The notes under the pieces are model-generated. The model was not told where the DNA came from and did not search any database. It saw only the letters and a list, made by a program, of their open reading frames with translations. Of a stretch of DNA of 45,775 nt, positions 19,483 to 28,544 are shown piece by piece. The DNA lies in the NCBI GenBank assembly GCA_964415095.1, contig CAYPYR010000001.1, positions 8,583 to 54,357 on the forward strand, read 5' to 3'. The stretch's first letter is position 1, and the number at the start of each line of letters is the position of its first letter. Source of the DNA: an uncultured Pseudomonadota bacterium. GTDB lineage: Bacteria; Babelota; Babeliae; Babelales; UBA12411. The position numbers and the translations under genes were made by a program.

Positions 19483-21555
19483 TTATTGTTTTTGACTTAT
19501 AACTGCTTCTTGAACATTTCGAGGAACTTCGCGGTAAACCTCGAACTCCATCGAGTAACTTGCACGACCCTTGGTCATGGATCGCAAATCAGTAGCATAT
19601 CCAAACATCTCTGCAAGTGGTACTTCTGCATTGATAACTTGCACTCCTTTACGAGCACTCATCCCCAATATCCTACCACGACGAGAGTTAAGATCGCCCA
19701 TGACATCACCCATATGTTCTTCAGGCGTAACTACTTCAACTTTCATAATTGGTTCAAGCAAAACAGGAGAAGCTTTTCGCATAGCATCTTTAAATGCCAT
19801 TGATGCAGCTATCTTAAATGCCATTTCAGATGAATCGACATCATGGTAAGATCCATCGAAAACTGCTGCTTTAATATCTACCACTGGATAACCAGCAAGC
19901 ACGCCAGCTCCCAATGTTTCCTCGACACCTTTTTGAATGCCCGGTATATATTCTCGAGGAACTACACCACCAGTTATTTTATTCTCAAAAGCAAAACCAG
20001 CACCACGCTCAAGAGGCTCTACCTTCAACCATACGTGACCGTATTGACCACGACCACCTGATTGACGAATAAATTTACCTTCAGCTTCTACTGGTTTAGT
20101 AATAGTTTCTTTATAAGCAACCTGCGTCTTACCAACTGATGATTCAATTTTATGCTCACGGCGCATACGATCAACGATAATCTCAAGATGCAACTCACCC
20201 ATTCCCGCAATAACGGTTTGGCCAGTTTCTTCGTTGAACGTAAATCGAAATGATGGATCTTCTTGCATTAATTTACGCAATGCAATAACCATCTTCTCGT
20301 AGCTACCTTTATCCTTAGGCTCAATTGCCACAGAAACCACTGGCTCTGGAAAATCAATTGATTCTAATAAGATAGGTTTATTTTCTGCACAAAGCGTATC
20401 ACCGGTTGTTGTATCTTTCAGACCAACAATTGCTATAATATCACCTGCACGAGCAGTTTTAACTTCTTCACGCTTATTAGCATGCATCTTCACTAATCGC
20501 GTTACCCGTTCGGTTTTCTCTTTTGAAGCATTAAAGACATAAGAACCTGCTTCAAGAACACCTGAATAAACACGAGTAAAGGTTAATGTACCCACAAACG
20601 GGTCGGTCATAATTTTAAATGCAAGCGCTGCAAGCGGCTTTTCAGGATCAGACTCTCGAACTTCTTCCTCACCAGTATTTGGATTCACACCTTTAATAGC
20701 AGGAACCTCAAGTGGTGATGGAAGATAATCAACTACTGCATCAAGCAACAACTGAACACCTTTGTTTTTAAAAGCAGCTCCGCAGAACATTAATGTAATT
20801 TCTTGTTTACATACGCCTTTACGCAACGCACTTTTAATTTCATCAATGGTCAAAGCATGTCCATCAAGATATTTCATTGCAAGCTCATCATCAAAATCAC
20901 ACGCACGCTCAACTATGTTGACGTACATCTCGTCCATTTGACTGTGAAACTCGTCTGGTACATCTTGCCATACAACTTTATGGATCTTCTGATCTTCTTC
21001 AAATGTCGCCATTTTTTTGGTAAGCACATCGATGATACCATAGAAGTTCTCTGATTGCCCTACTGGAATCTGCATAGGAAGCGCACGCGCTTGAAGCTTT
21101 TCATTTACTTCTGAAACTACTTCAAAAAAGTTAGCCCCTATACGATCAAGCTTATTAACAAAAGCAATACGCGGAACCTTGTATCGATCAGCTTGGCGCC
21201 ATACTGTTTCAGTTTGCGGCTCAACACCACCGACGCCACAGAATACACCTACTGCTCCATCAAGCACGCGCAAAGAACGCTCAACCTCAATGGTAAAATC
21301 TACGTGGCCAGGCGTATCGATAATATTAATGCGATGATCATTCCAAAAACAAGTTGTGGCCGCTGAAGTAATAGTAATACCACGCTCTTGTTCTTGCTCC
21401 ATCCAGTCCATGGTTGCTGCACCCTCATGAACCTCACCAATTTTATGCGAAATACCCGTGTAATATAATATGCGCTCTGATACTGTTGTTTTTCCAGCAT
21501 CAATATGCGCCATTATACCAATATTTCTATATTTTCTTAAATATTCATTGCTCAT
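19483..21555 (-). CDS. fusA: elongation factor G
   Basis: [14 protein letters not shown] and [23 protein letters not shown]. The track ORF begins at a TTG abutting the rpsG stop. The ATG at 21555 ([14 protein letters not shown]) is the conventional N-terminus. Confidence 0.97.
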   Translation of the reverse strand: MSNEYLRKYRNIGIMAHIDAGKTTVSERILYYTGISHKIGEVHEGAATMDWMEQEQERGITITSAATTCFWNDHRINIIDTPGHVDFTIEVERSLRVLDGAVGVFCGVGGVEPQTETVWRQADRYKVPRIAFVNKLDRIGANFFEVVSEVNEKLQARALPMQIPVGQSENFYGIIDVLTKKMATFEEDQKIHKVVWQDVPDEFHSQMDEMYVNIVERACDFDDELAMKYLDGHALTIDEIKSALRKGVCKQEITLMFCGAAFKNKGVQLLLDAVVDYLPSPLEVPAIKGVNPNTGEEEVRESDPEKPLAALAFKIMTDPFVGTLTFTRVYSGVLEAGSYVFNASKEKTERVTRLVKMHANKREEVKTARAGDIIAIVGLKDTTTGDTLCAENKPILLESIDFPEPVVSVAIEPKDKGSYEKMVIALRKLMQEDPSFRFTFNEETGQTVIAGMGELHLEIIVDRMRREHKIESSVGKTQVAYKETITKPVEAEGKFIRQSGGRGQYGHVWLKVEPLERGAGFAFENKITGGVVPREYIPGIQKGVEETLGAGVLAGYPVVDIKAAVFDGSYHDVDSSEMAFKIAASMAFKDAMRKASPVLLEPIMKVEVVTPEEHMGDVMGDLNSRRGRILGMSARKGVQVINAEVPLAEMFGYATDLRSMTKGRASYSMEFEVYREVPRNVQEAVISQKQ

Positions 21556-21567
21556 GAGATTACCCAA

Positions 21568-22050
21568 TTACCATGCATAATGAGAGAAAGCTCTATTGGC
21601 TTCTGCCATCTTATGAACTTCAACCTTTTTCTTAATAGCGTTGCCGCGTCCTTCTGTTGCTTCGAAAATTTCGTTAGCAAGACGTTGGGCCATTGTTTTA
21701 TCGCTACGCTGTGCTGCTGACTGAAGAAGCCAACGCAATGAAAGAGCAAGCGCTCTGCCTGAGCGAACTTCAACAGGAACCTGATAAACACCGCCACCAA
21801 CACGTCGAGATTTTACCTCAACCATTGGGCGCACTTGATCAAGCGCTTTTTCAAATAACGCTAAGCCTTTTCGTTCATCGCCTTGTGACTTTTTGATAAG
21901 AACATCAAAAGCACCATAGACAATCGTACGGGCAACATTCTTTTTGCCATCTTCCATTACAATATTAATAAATTTTTGTACCAGCGGAGATTTGAAACGA
22001 ACGTCAACCCCAATATCCCGCTTAAATGATACCGATTTTCTTCTTGGCAT
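21568..22050 (-). CDS. rpsG: 30S ribosomal protein S7
   Basis: 160 aa; MPRRKSV..., VEVKSRRVGGGVYQVPVEV, C-terminal ANRAFSHYAW. Confidence 0.96.
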   Translation of the reverse strand: MPRRKSVSFKRDIGVDVRFKSPLVQKFINIVMEDGKKNVARTIVYGAFDVLIKKSQGDERKGLALFEKALDQVRPMVEVKSRRVGGGVYQVPVEVRSGRALALSLRWLLQSAAQRSDKTMAQRLANEIFEATEGRGNAIKKKVEVHKMAEANRAFSHYAW

Positions 22051-22052
22051 TA

Positions 22053-22430
22053 TTAAGCACCTTTCTTACGTTTTGCACCATAGAGAGAGCGAGATTGTGT
22101 TCTAGCTGTTACTCCAGATGTATCGAGAGCTCCGCGAACAACATGGTATTTTACACCAGGTAAATCTTTCACACGACCACCACGCACTAACACAACTGAG
22201 TGCTCTTGCAAATTATGTCCTTCTCCACCAATATAGGCAGTTATTTCTCTGCCAGTTGTTAACTTCACCCGCGCTACTTTACGTAATGCTGAGTTAGGTT
22301 TCTTTGGGGTTGTGGTATATACGCGCACACAAACTCCACGTCGTTGCGGACAACCATTCAACGCGGGAGACTTAGACTTCTTCAGTCCTTTTTTGCGCGG
22401 AGATCGCACTAATTGATTTATCGTAGGCAT
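22053..22430 (-). CDS. rpsL: 30S ribosomal protein S12
   Basis: 125 aa; [52 protein letters not shown]. Confidence 0.98.
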   Translation of the reverse strand: MPTINQLVRSPRKKGLKKSKSPALNGCPQRRGVCVRVYTTTPKKPNSALRKVARVKLTTGREITAYIGGEGHNLQEHSVVLVRGGRVKDLPGVKYHVVRGALDTSGVTARTQSRSLYGAKRKKGA

Positions 22431-22511
22431 AGTTATGAATCCTAATTAAACGGCTAGCAGTCACCTTAGCTGATCAACAAATGATCATCTTAATTTCTGT
22501 TATATACCCGT

Positions 22512-22541
22512 ATTATACTGTTAAATTTTACACGCTTGACA
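22512..22541 (-). promoter_or_regulatory. candidate promoter of the str/S10/spc/alpha super-operon
   Basis: On the minus strand there is a perfect -10 TATAAT (22517..22512). The -35 is weak: TGTCAA (22541..22536) at an 18-nt spacing. This would give an rpsL leader of about 75 nt. Confidence 0.25.
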
Positions 22542-22846
22542 TTTTGCGCATTCAGAAAGCATGAATGCTAGGCCTTGTAAAGAATGCTGTAATTAGCATA
22601 TATTTTTTGCAAGTTTTTTCAAGTAACAAATTATCTACGTTTATGGCTCAAAACCAGAGAAAAGAAAACATTCATGATTTATTTCTTTTTTCTTGAATCT
22701 ATTGCAGGTTAAACTTGAGATTGATGATTCATAGTTTACCTGAGATTAACGCTGAATACAAGCCATACTTTACAACAGAAAAAAAGCAGAATACCCTTAT
22801 AACCATGTTTTTAGTCATTTTGTTATGGTTTTACGAGGAGTAGTTC

Positions 22847-23971
22847 ATGCTTATCACAAATCTCTTGGCACTCATCAATAGAATAACACCTTTTCTATTT
22901 GCATTAATTGGCTTCTGTACCGTGGTTACTATCCATGAACTTGGGCACTTCTTGTTTTGCAAACTATTTGGCATACATACTCCCACCTTTTCTATTGGCA
23001 TGGGACCAAAAATTTTTGAACGAAAATTAGGCGATACTAATTTTCGATTATCGGCTTTACCGTTAGGCGGATATGTGGAAATTGCTGGCTTTGCAGAAGT
23101 AGGACAGGGAGAGCAAGCTTACGCTCACGTCACTGATCAATCATCATTTATTCAAAAAAAATATTGGCAGAAATTTCTCGTATTAATGGGCGGCATCATA
23201 TTTAACCTTCTGTCTGCATACATAATATTTATACTTGTCCTCGGAATCGGCTCTCCCAAAACTAATATCCATATTAAAGCCGTAACCGAAAGTTCTCCCG
23301 CTATGCGCGCTGGTTTACTACCTCACGACCGTATTTTACAATGGAATGGTACCAATATTTCAGCAAATCCGGAACTTCTTGGCGAAGAAATCAAAAAATT
23401 GCATAATAACGAAGTCTCTTCAGTTACTCTCGTAATACGTCGTCAAAACGAACAACAAGAGATCGAGATTCCTGTATCGCAAAGTAATCTCTCAAGCGAC
23501 ACAACTATTGCAACACGCCCTACCATAGGCATTGAAGGATTTGAACTCTTGCCATCTAAAAAAATAGAGAAACTATCATGGGGTGATGCAATTAGGGTTG
23601 GCATTAGCCGTACTAATAAATTAATTACTGATACCGTACATGGCATTCTTGGCTTATTTAAACAAGGTAGCCTTAAAGGTGGTGCCGGTCCGATCATGAT
23701 ACTTGCAGAAAGCACTAATCAAGCAAGACAAGGGTTTTCATTCTTATGCAAATTTTTAGCCATCATTAGTATTAACCTTGCCATTATTAACCTAATACCT
23801 CTGCCAGTTCTCGATGGCGGACAGATTGTATTTGTCACTATCGAATCTATTATACGCCGCCCAATACCTGAAGGCATTCGCAATGCAATTCACATTGCAT
23901 CCTGGCTACTATTACTTACGCTCATCATCATCTTTAGTTATAATGACATTCGCAATTTAATTAGCCGATAA
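22847..23971 (+). CDS. rseP: RIP site-2 zinc metalloprotease (RseP/M50 family), single PDZ
   Basis: 374 aa. HELGHFLFC (HExxH) lies in the first membrane span. There is a central PDZ-like region (AVTESSPAMRAGLLPHDRILQWNG) and a C-terminal NLIPLPVLDGG. SD GAGGAG lies 5 nt upstream of the ATG. Confidence 0.9.
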   Translation: MLITNLLALINRITPFLFALIGFCTVVTIHELGHFLFCKLFGIHTPTFSIGMGPKIFERKLGDTNFRLSALPLGGYVEIAGFAEVGQGEQAYAHVTDQSSFIQKKYWQKFLVLMGGIIFNLLSAYIIFILVLGIGSPKTNIHIKAVTESSPAMRAGLLPHDRILQWNGTNISANPELLGEEIKKLHNNEVSSVTLVIRRQNEQQEIEIPVSQSNLSSDTTIATRPTIGIEGFELLPSKKIEKLSWGDAIRVGISRTNKLITDTVHGILGLFKQGSLKGGAGPIMILAESTNQARQGFSFLCKFLAIISINLAIINLIPLPVLDGGQIVFVTIESIIRRPIPEGIRNAIHIASWLLLLTLIIIFSYNDIRNLISR

Positions 23972-23990
23972 TTTTCTTACATCTATGTAT

Positions 23991-24027
23991 TGTCCCCGAG
24001 TTCTCTAATTCATAGAACTCGGGGACA
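23991..24027. terminator. hairpin terminator shared by convergent rseP and lpxC
   Basis: Perfect 14-bp inverted repeat tgtccccgagttct / agaactcggggaca with a 9-nt loop. It lies 19 nt after the rseP stop and 11 nt after the lpxC stop. A T5 run follows on the + strand at 24036-24040. Confidence 0.6.
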
Positions 24028-24038
24028 ATAGTTAATTT

Positions 24039-24914
24039 TTATAACGTGATCCAGGCATGCGGGTTTTGAATATAATGCTCAACGACCAATCGGTTGAAGG
24101 CATGACCGGTTCTTTCTGCATAAATGGTGCCAGCTAATGGTTTTCCCAGTAACGCAAGATCACCAATAAGATCCAGCACCTTATGACAAGCCCATTCTTG
24201 TTCAGAACGCGGAACATTCATAAATTTATTATCTGCAATCACCAACGTATTTTCTAATGATGAACCATATGCCAACCCTTGTTGTTGAAGTAGTGGCAAT
24301 TGTTCTAGAAATCCAAAAGTTCGTGCACAGCTAATATGCTCAATCCATTTGGTATCTTCCATTGCTCCTACAACCTGAGCAGTACCAAGCAATGGATGCT
24401 CAAATGATGCCGTATAATTAATAGTACATACCAGATCATTACTGTGCACTGGCGGCTCAATTATAATACGACGGTTATGCAGATTATCTTCAAATAACAG
24501 TCGTTCTTTAGGAGTAATAAAGGATCGCTTCAGATCATATTCGATAAAACCAGTTTCATTTATGAGCTTGATAAAAGGAGCTGCGCTCCCATCAAGAATT
24601 GGAAATTCATCATCTTCTGTTTCAAGCACAAGGCTATCAATACCAACAAAAGCAATCGCCGCCATTACATGTTCAATCGTACGCACTTGCCAATTTTTCC
24701 CGCGAAGCACGGTAGCATAGGGAGCAACTTCTGGTATGGTGGTACCAATAGTTATTAAATCATCAGGGAATAACCGGTTTTTTATAACAATACCCGATTC
24801 AGCTACTGCGGGAGAAAGTGCCAGTGAAACAGGTTTACCTGAATGGACACCAATGCCGGAAAACAGAATTTTTTTAGCTAAGGTTTTTTTTCGCGAAGAT
24901 ATTATAGTGTTCAT
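24039..24914 (-). CDS. lpxC: UDP-3-O-acyl-N-acetylglucosamine deacetylase
   Basis: GIGVHSGKPVSL, TIEHVMAAI, HKVLDLIGDLAL. The track ORF starts at a TTG (24941). The ATG at 24914 (MNTIISSRKKTL...) matches the usual LpxC N-terminus. Confidence 0.92.
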   Translation of the reverse strand: MNTIISSRKKTLAKKILFSGIGVHSGKPVSLALSPAVAESGIVIKNRLFPDDLITIGTTIPEVAPYATVLRGKNWQVRTIEHVMAAIAFVGIDSLVLETEDDEFPILDGSAAPFIKLINETGFIEYDLKRSFITPKERLLFEDNLHNRRIIIEPPVHSNDLVCTINYTASFEHPLLGTAQVVGAMEDTKWIEHISCARTFGFLEQLPLLQQQGLAYGSSLENTLVIADNKFMNVPRSEQEWACHKVLDLIGDLALLGKPLAGTIYAERTGHAFNRLVVEHYIQNPHAWITL

Positions 24915-24950
24915 ACTAATCTCTTTTTTATCATAGCCCAATAAAGAAAT

Positions 24951-24981
24951 AAGCCCGCTTTAGAAAAACCTAAGCGGGCTT
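24951..24981 (-). terminator. rho-independent terminator after rplM
   Basis: 10-bp stem aagcccgctt / aagcgggctt with an 11-nt loop. On the minus strand it is followed by ATTTCTTTATT. It lies 46 nt after the rplM stop. Confidence 0.6.
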
Positions 24982-25026
24982 ATGATAAAATCACGATGAT
25001 CTATTTGATCAAGTACTCTGCGTACA

Positions 25027-25446
25027 TTATACCTGAGCAGCGTGTGGATGTGTATCACCCGTATAGACGCGTAATTTTTTGAGAATTTGTCGTGCAAGAC
25101 GATTTTTAGGAAGCATGCCACGCACCGCTTGTTTAATCAGAAAAGATGGGTCTTTTTTAAACATTTCAAGTGCGGTTCGTTCTTTAAGACCACCCATCCA
25201 TCCAGTATGATGACGGTACATCTTATCGGTCCATTTTTTACCAGTCAAGATAATCTTATCACAGTTAATGATCACGACGTAATCACCCGTATCTATGTGC
25301 GGCGTAAAGGATGGTTTATCTTTACCACGTAAAATATCAGTTACTTCTGTTGCAAGACGCCCTAAAACCTGGTCCTTTGCATCAATTACACGCCACTGAG
25401 GAGCGCGATCTTCTTTTCTTTGCACATATGATTTATTCATTTCCAT
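25027..25446 (-). CDS. rplM: 50S ribosomal protein L13
   Basis: 139 aa; WRVIDAKDQVLGRLATEVTDILRGKDKPSFTPHIDTGDYVVIIN and GMLPKNRLARQILKKLRVY. Confidence 0.96.
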   Translation of the reverse strand: MEMNKSYVQRKEDRAPQWRVIDAKDQVLGRLATEVTDILRGKDKPSFTPHIDTGDYVVIINCDKIILTGKKWTDKMYRHHTGWMGGLKERTALEMFKKDPSFLIKQAVRGMLPKNRLARQILKKLRVYTGDTHPHAAQV

Positions 25447-25498
25447 GATAATTGCCTTGATTCTAGTAAAATTAAGCTATAATTTTGCGACATTTTTA

Positions 25499-25527
25499 AT
25501 TGTAAATCAAAAAGACTTGCCAGTCAA
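25499..25527 (-). promoter_or_regulatory. sigma70-type promoter of rplM
   Basis: On the minus strand: TTGACT (25527..25522), a 17-nt spacer, then TACAAT (25504..25499). It lies about 50 nt upstream of the rplM ATG, with AAGG as the SD. Confidence 0.5.
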
Positions 25528-25541
25528 ACATATAAAAGCAC

Positions 25542-27203
25542 TTATTTACGCATAATAGCCTCAATAAATGCCCTAAAGAGTGGGTGCGCAACTAAGGGCG
25601 TTGATAAAAATTCAGGATGAAATTGAGATCCAACCATAAATGGGTGGTCATTCAATTCAGCAATTTCTACTAAGTTCTTTGCCTCATAAATCCCCGAGAA
25701 GGTTACCCCTGCAGCTTCCAAAGCGCTTCTATAAGCATTATTGAATTCATAACGGTGTCGGTGACGTTCAAGCACTTTATCTTGTCCATACGCTTGATGC
25801 GCTTTGCTATCTTTCTTGATCGTGCACGGAAAAACACCCAACCGCATGGATGCACCTTTTGATACAATTCCCTGCTGCTCATCAAGAAGCGATATGAGTG
25901 GTTGTTTCGTTGAAGGATCAAATTCAGTACTTGTAGCTTCGGTTAAACCTGCAAGCGAGCGTGCACATTCTATCAATAAAATTTGCATACCCAAACATAA
26001 CCCAAGGTATGGTATTTTATGTTCGCGTGCCCATTTTGCAGAAAAGATTTTGCCTTCTATGCCCCGTTTATCAAATCCCCCCGGCATAACAATACCATTT
26101 ACTGAAGCAAGCTGTGCTCGTGCAAATTTGCCTTCTTCAGTATCTTTATGGATAGGATCAAGGCGCTCTGCTTCAATGGTAACAATTTCGGGATCAACCA
26201 TATTAAGATAACAGGCTGACTTTATCGCCTCAATCACACTTATATATGGTTCATTCGTCCCAACATATTTAGCAATAAGTCCGATTCGAAAAGTTCGCTT
26301 TGGCTTTTCTATGCGCTCGATTAATGATTCCCATGCAGAAAGATCTGACCGCCGCTCTTTTGGTAATCCAAACCATTGTTGAATTTTTAGATCCAGGCCT
26401 TCTTGCTTGAGATCAAGAAATATTTTATACAACGGTTTTCGCGTAAGCACCTGAAAAATATACTCGTCGCGAACACCACACATAGTTGCGATTTTAGCAA
26501 TAGTTTTTGCACTTATTTCACGTTCAGTACGCAAAAAGAGTGCATCCGGCATGAGTCCCGCTTTTTTGAGCAACATAACACTATGCTGCGTTGGTTTTGT
26601 TTTGATCTCATTTGCCCAGCTCAGTAGTGGCACAAGACTTAGATGGCAATGCATCATTTGATGTGAGGATAAGTGGAGGCGTAATTGACGCACCGCTTCT
26701 AAAAAGACTTCCCCCTCCATGTCCCCTACCGTACCACCTATTTCAATCAAAACAAATTGAGCTCCTGATTTAAGCGCAAACCGTAATATACGTTCACATA
26801 TTTTATCAACCACATGAGGAACGAGTTGAATACAGCGACCTAAGAATTCACCTTCGCGCTCCATATGTAAAATTTCTTGAAAAATTTGTCCGGCAGACAC
26901 GGATGAGTCTTTAGTAAGGTGTTCACCAATCATGCGCTCATAATGCCCTAAATCAAGATCAGTTTCAGCACCATCATCCGTAACGAAGACTTCGCCATGT
27001 TCAAGTGGCGACATGGTACCTGGATCTACGTTCAAATATGGATCCCACTTAACCACTGAAACCGTATAACCGGCATTTTTTAATAAAACACCCAGAGACG
27101 AGGTAAGCACACCTTTACCGATAGATGAGCAAACTCCTCCGGTTACCACGACAAATTTTGTTTTTTGCTCAATTACTTCTTTTAATAAACTGGTCATAAC
27201 CAT
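25542..27203 (-). CDS. pyrG: CTP synthase
   Basis: 553 aa. N-terminal FVVVTGGVCSSIGKG, glutamine amidotransferase GLCLGMQ, and HRHRYEFN. Confidence 0.96.
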   Translation of the reverse strand: MVMTSLLKEVIEQKTKFVVVTGGVCSSIGKGVLTSSLGVLLKNAGYTVSVVKWDPYLNVDPGTMSPLEHGEVFVTDDGAETDLDLGHYERMIGEHLTKDSSVSAGQIFQEILHMEREGEFLGRCIQLVPHVVDKICERILRFALKSGAQFVLIEIGGTVGDMEGEVFLEAVRQLRLHLSSHQMMHCHLSLVPLLSWANEIKTKPTQHSVMLLKKAGLMPDALFLRTEREISAKTIAKIATMCGVRDEYIFQVLTRKPLYKIFLDLKQEGLDLKIQQWFGLPKERRSDLSAWESLIERIEKPKRTFRIGLIAKYVGTNEPYISVIEAIKSACYLNMVDPEIVTIEAERLDPIHKDTEEGKFARAQLASVNGIVMPGGFDKRGIEGKIFSAKWAREHKIPYLGLCLGMQILLIECARSLAGLTEATSTEFDPSTKQPLISLLDEQQGIVSKGASMRLGVFPCTIKKDSKAHQAYGQDKVLERHRHRYEFNNAYRSALEAAGVTFSGIYEAKNLVEIAELNDHPFMVGSQFHPEFLSTPLVAHPLFRAFIEAIMRK

Positions 27204-27207
27204 TACC

Positions 27208-28536
27208 TCAACGTGAAATCATGTACTCTTGTACCATTGCTTCAATGGCTAATGGCTCTTTAGGCAAATCATCACTTAAACAAAAACATCCATCATCTGT
27301 AATCACATAATCATCTTCTATACGTATGCCTAAATGTTCTTCTGCTATATAAACACCTGGCTCAATAGTAAATACATCTCCAGCACGCAGGGGAACCAGC
27401 ACATCGCCCGTATCATGAACATCAAGACCTAAGAAATGCCCGATACCGTGGACAAAATATTTACCCAAACCATGTCGATCAAGATAGCGTCGTGCAATAT
27501 GCATTAATGACTTATCTTGTTCTGCAGGGTTATTTAAATACATGCCTGGTTTTGCCATCGACGCAACAACTGATTGTGTTTCAAGCACCATAGAATAGAC
27601 CGCACGTTGTCGCGGAGTAAATATTCCCGACACCGGATAGGTTCTGGTGATATCTGCAGCATAATAACCAAATTCTGCACCAATATCAATAACTACCAAA
27701 TCACCTGATTGAAGAGTGTGGGTACGATCGGTGTAATGCAAGATGGTACTATTTTTTCCGGTAGCTACAATGCTAGGAAATGCTGGACGCGCTGATCCAA
27801 GCGCTATAAAAATTCCATCAATAATAGCCTGAATTTCATATTCTGTCTTACCAGGACACAACGATTGCGCTGCTGCTCGCTGGGCTTCATTAGTTATGGC
27901 AATAGCCTGCGCAATTAATGTTATTTCATCAACTTCTTTAGTGCGACGCATTTCTTCAAGATCCCAGGATACGTCACATACCGCAGATTCAAATCCTTCA
28001 AGCATGGTTTTGAAAAACGTAAAGAGAAATTGATTGGTTATTTCGCCACCTTTTGTTTGGCGTTGTGCACAAAAAATGGTACCATTTTTTGCTATAATTG
28101 TGCCAATATCATGTAATAAATGTTCATACTCTGATTTCACAAAATGAGGCGAGAATGAATATCCTGATACCGGATTACCAAGATACATGATACGATCTAC
28201 ACCCAGCAATGATGCCGTATGTGCAGAAGTATCAATTGACGTGGTTAACCATTGATCTCGTGCAGTACCATATTGCGGGATGTAAAGCACTTCTGTACCA
28301 TCGAGATAGAGTAATAATATAGCACCTGGCTCAGTAATACCGGTTAAATAATAAAAAGAGCTATTTTGTCGAAACGTAACACGATTATCTTCAAATCCGC
28401 TACACAGCATGAGCGCACCATGCTCATTTGCAATAGCATGTTCTCGCATTTTTTCTCGTATGCGAAGGCGACGTTTTTGAAAAATACCATAGGGAGATCT
28501 TGTATTAATATTCATTATTCCAATCCTTTCGCGCAT
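27208..28536 (-). CDS. pepP: Xaa-Pro aminopeptidase (M24B)
   Basis: 442 aa; DIGAEFGYYAADITRTYPV, HGIGHFLGLDVHD, VFTIEPGVYI, IRIEDD. The start could instead be the ATG at 28515 (MNINT). Confidence 0.88.
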   Translation of the reverse strand: MRERIGIMNINTRSPYGIFQKRRLRIREKMREHAIANEHGALMLCSGFEDNRVTFRQNSSFYYLTGITEPGAILLLYLDGTEVLYIPQYGTARDQWLTTSIDTSAHTASLLGVDRIMYLGNPVSGYSFSPHFVKSEYEHLLHDIGTIIAKNGTIFCAQRQTKGGEITNQFLFTFFKTMLEGFESAVCDVSWDLEEMRRTKEVDEITLIAQAIAITNEAQRAAAQSLCPGKTEYEIQAIIDGIFIALGSARPAFPSIVATGKNSTILHYTDRTHTLQSGDLVVIDIGAEFGYYAADITRTYPVSGIFTPRQRAVYSMVLETQSVVASMAKPGMYLNNPAEQDKSLMHIARRYLDRHGLGKYFVHGIGHFLGLDVHDTGDVLVPLRAGDVFTIEPGVYIAEEHLGIRIEDDYVITDDGCFCLSDDLPKEPLAIEAMVQEYMISR

Positions 28537-28544
28537 GAGCGCTC

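Noticed and set aside
19372-19803. 143-aa plus-strand ORF, together with other plus-strand ORFs of 60-140 aa at 9645-10058, 25804-26211, 12069-12392, 10585-10932, 10997-11308 and 15119-15424.
   Set aside because: All lie antisense within strongly conserved genes (fusA/tuf, rpsE/rplO, pyrG, rplE, rplR/rplF, rpsS). Stop-poor antisense frames are expected there, and none has a recognisable domain.
22471-22487. Two TGATCA palindromes 5 nt apart, considered as an operator or a restriction-modification-related motif.
   Set aside because: Six-bp palindromes are expected by chance in 46 kb of AT-rich DNA. I have no supporting repeat elsewhere, so it is kept only as a detail of the spacer finding.
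22724-22843. 39-codon ORF (MIHSLPEINAEYKPYFTTEKKQNTLITMFLVILLWFYEE) ending 3 nt before the rseP ATG.
   Set aside because: It has no convincing SD. It is too short to evaluate without conservation data, and its last codons coincide with the rseP SD (GAGGAG). I treated it as part of the spacer finding rather than as a gene.
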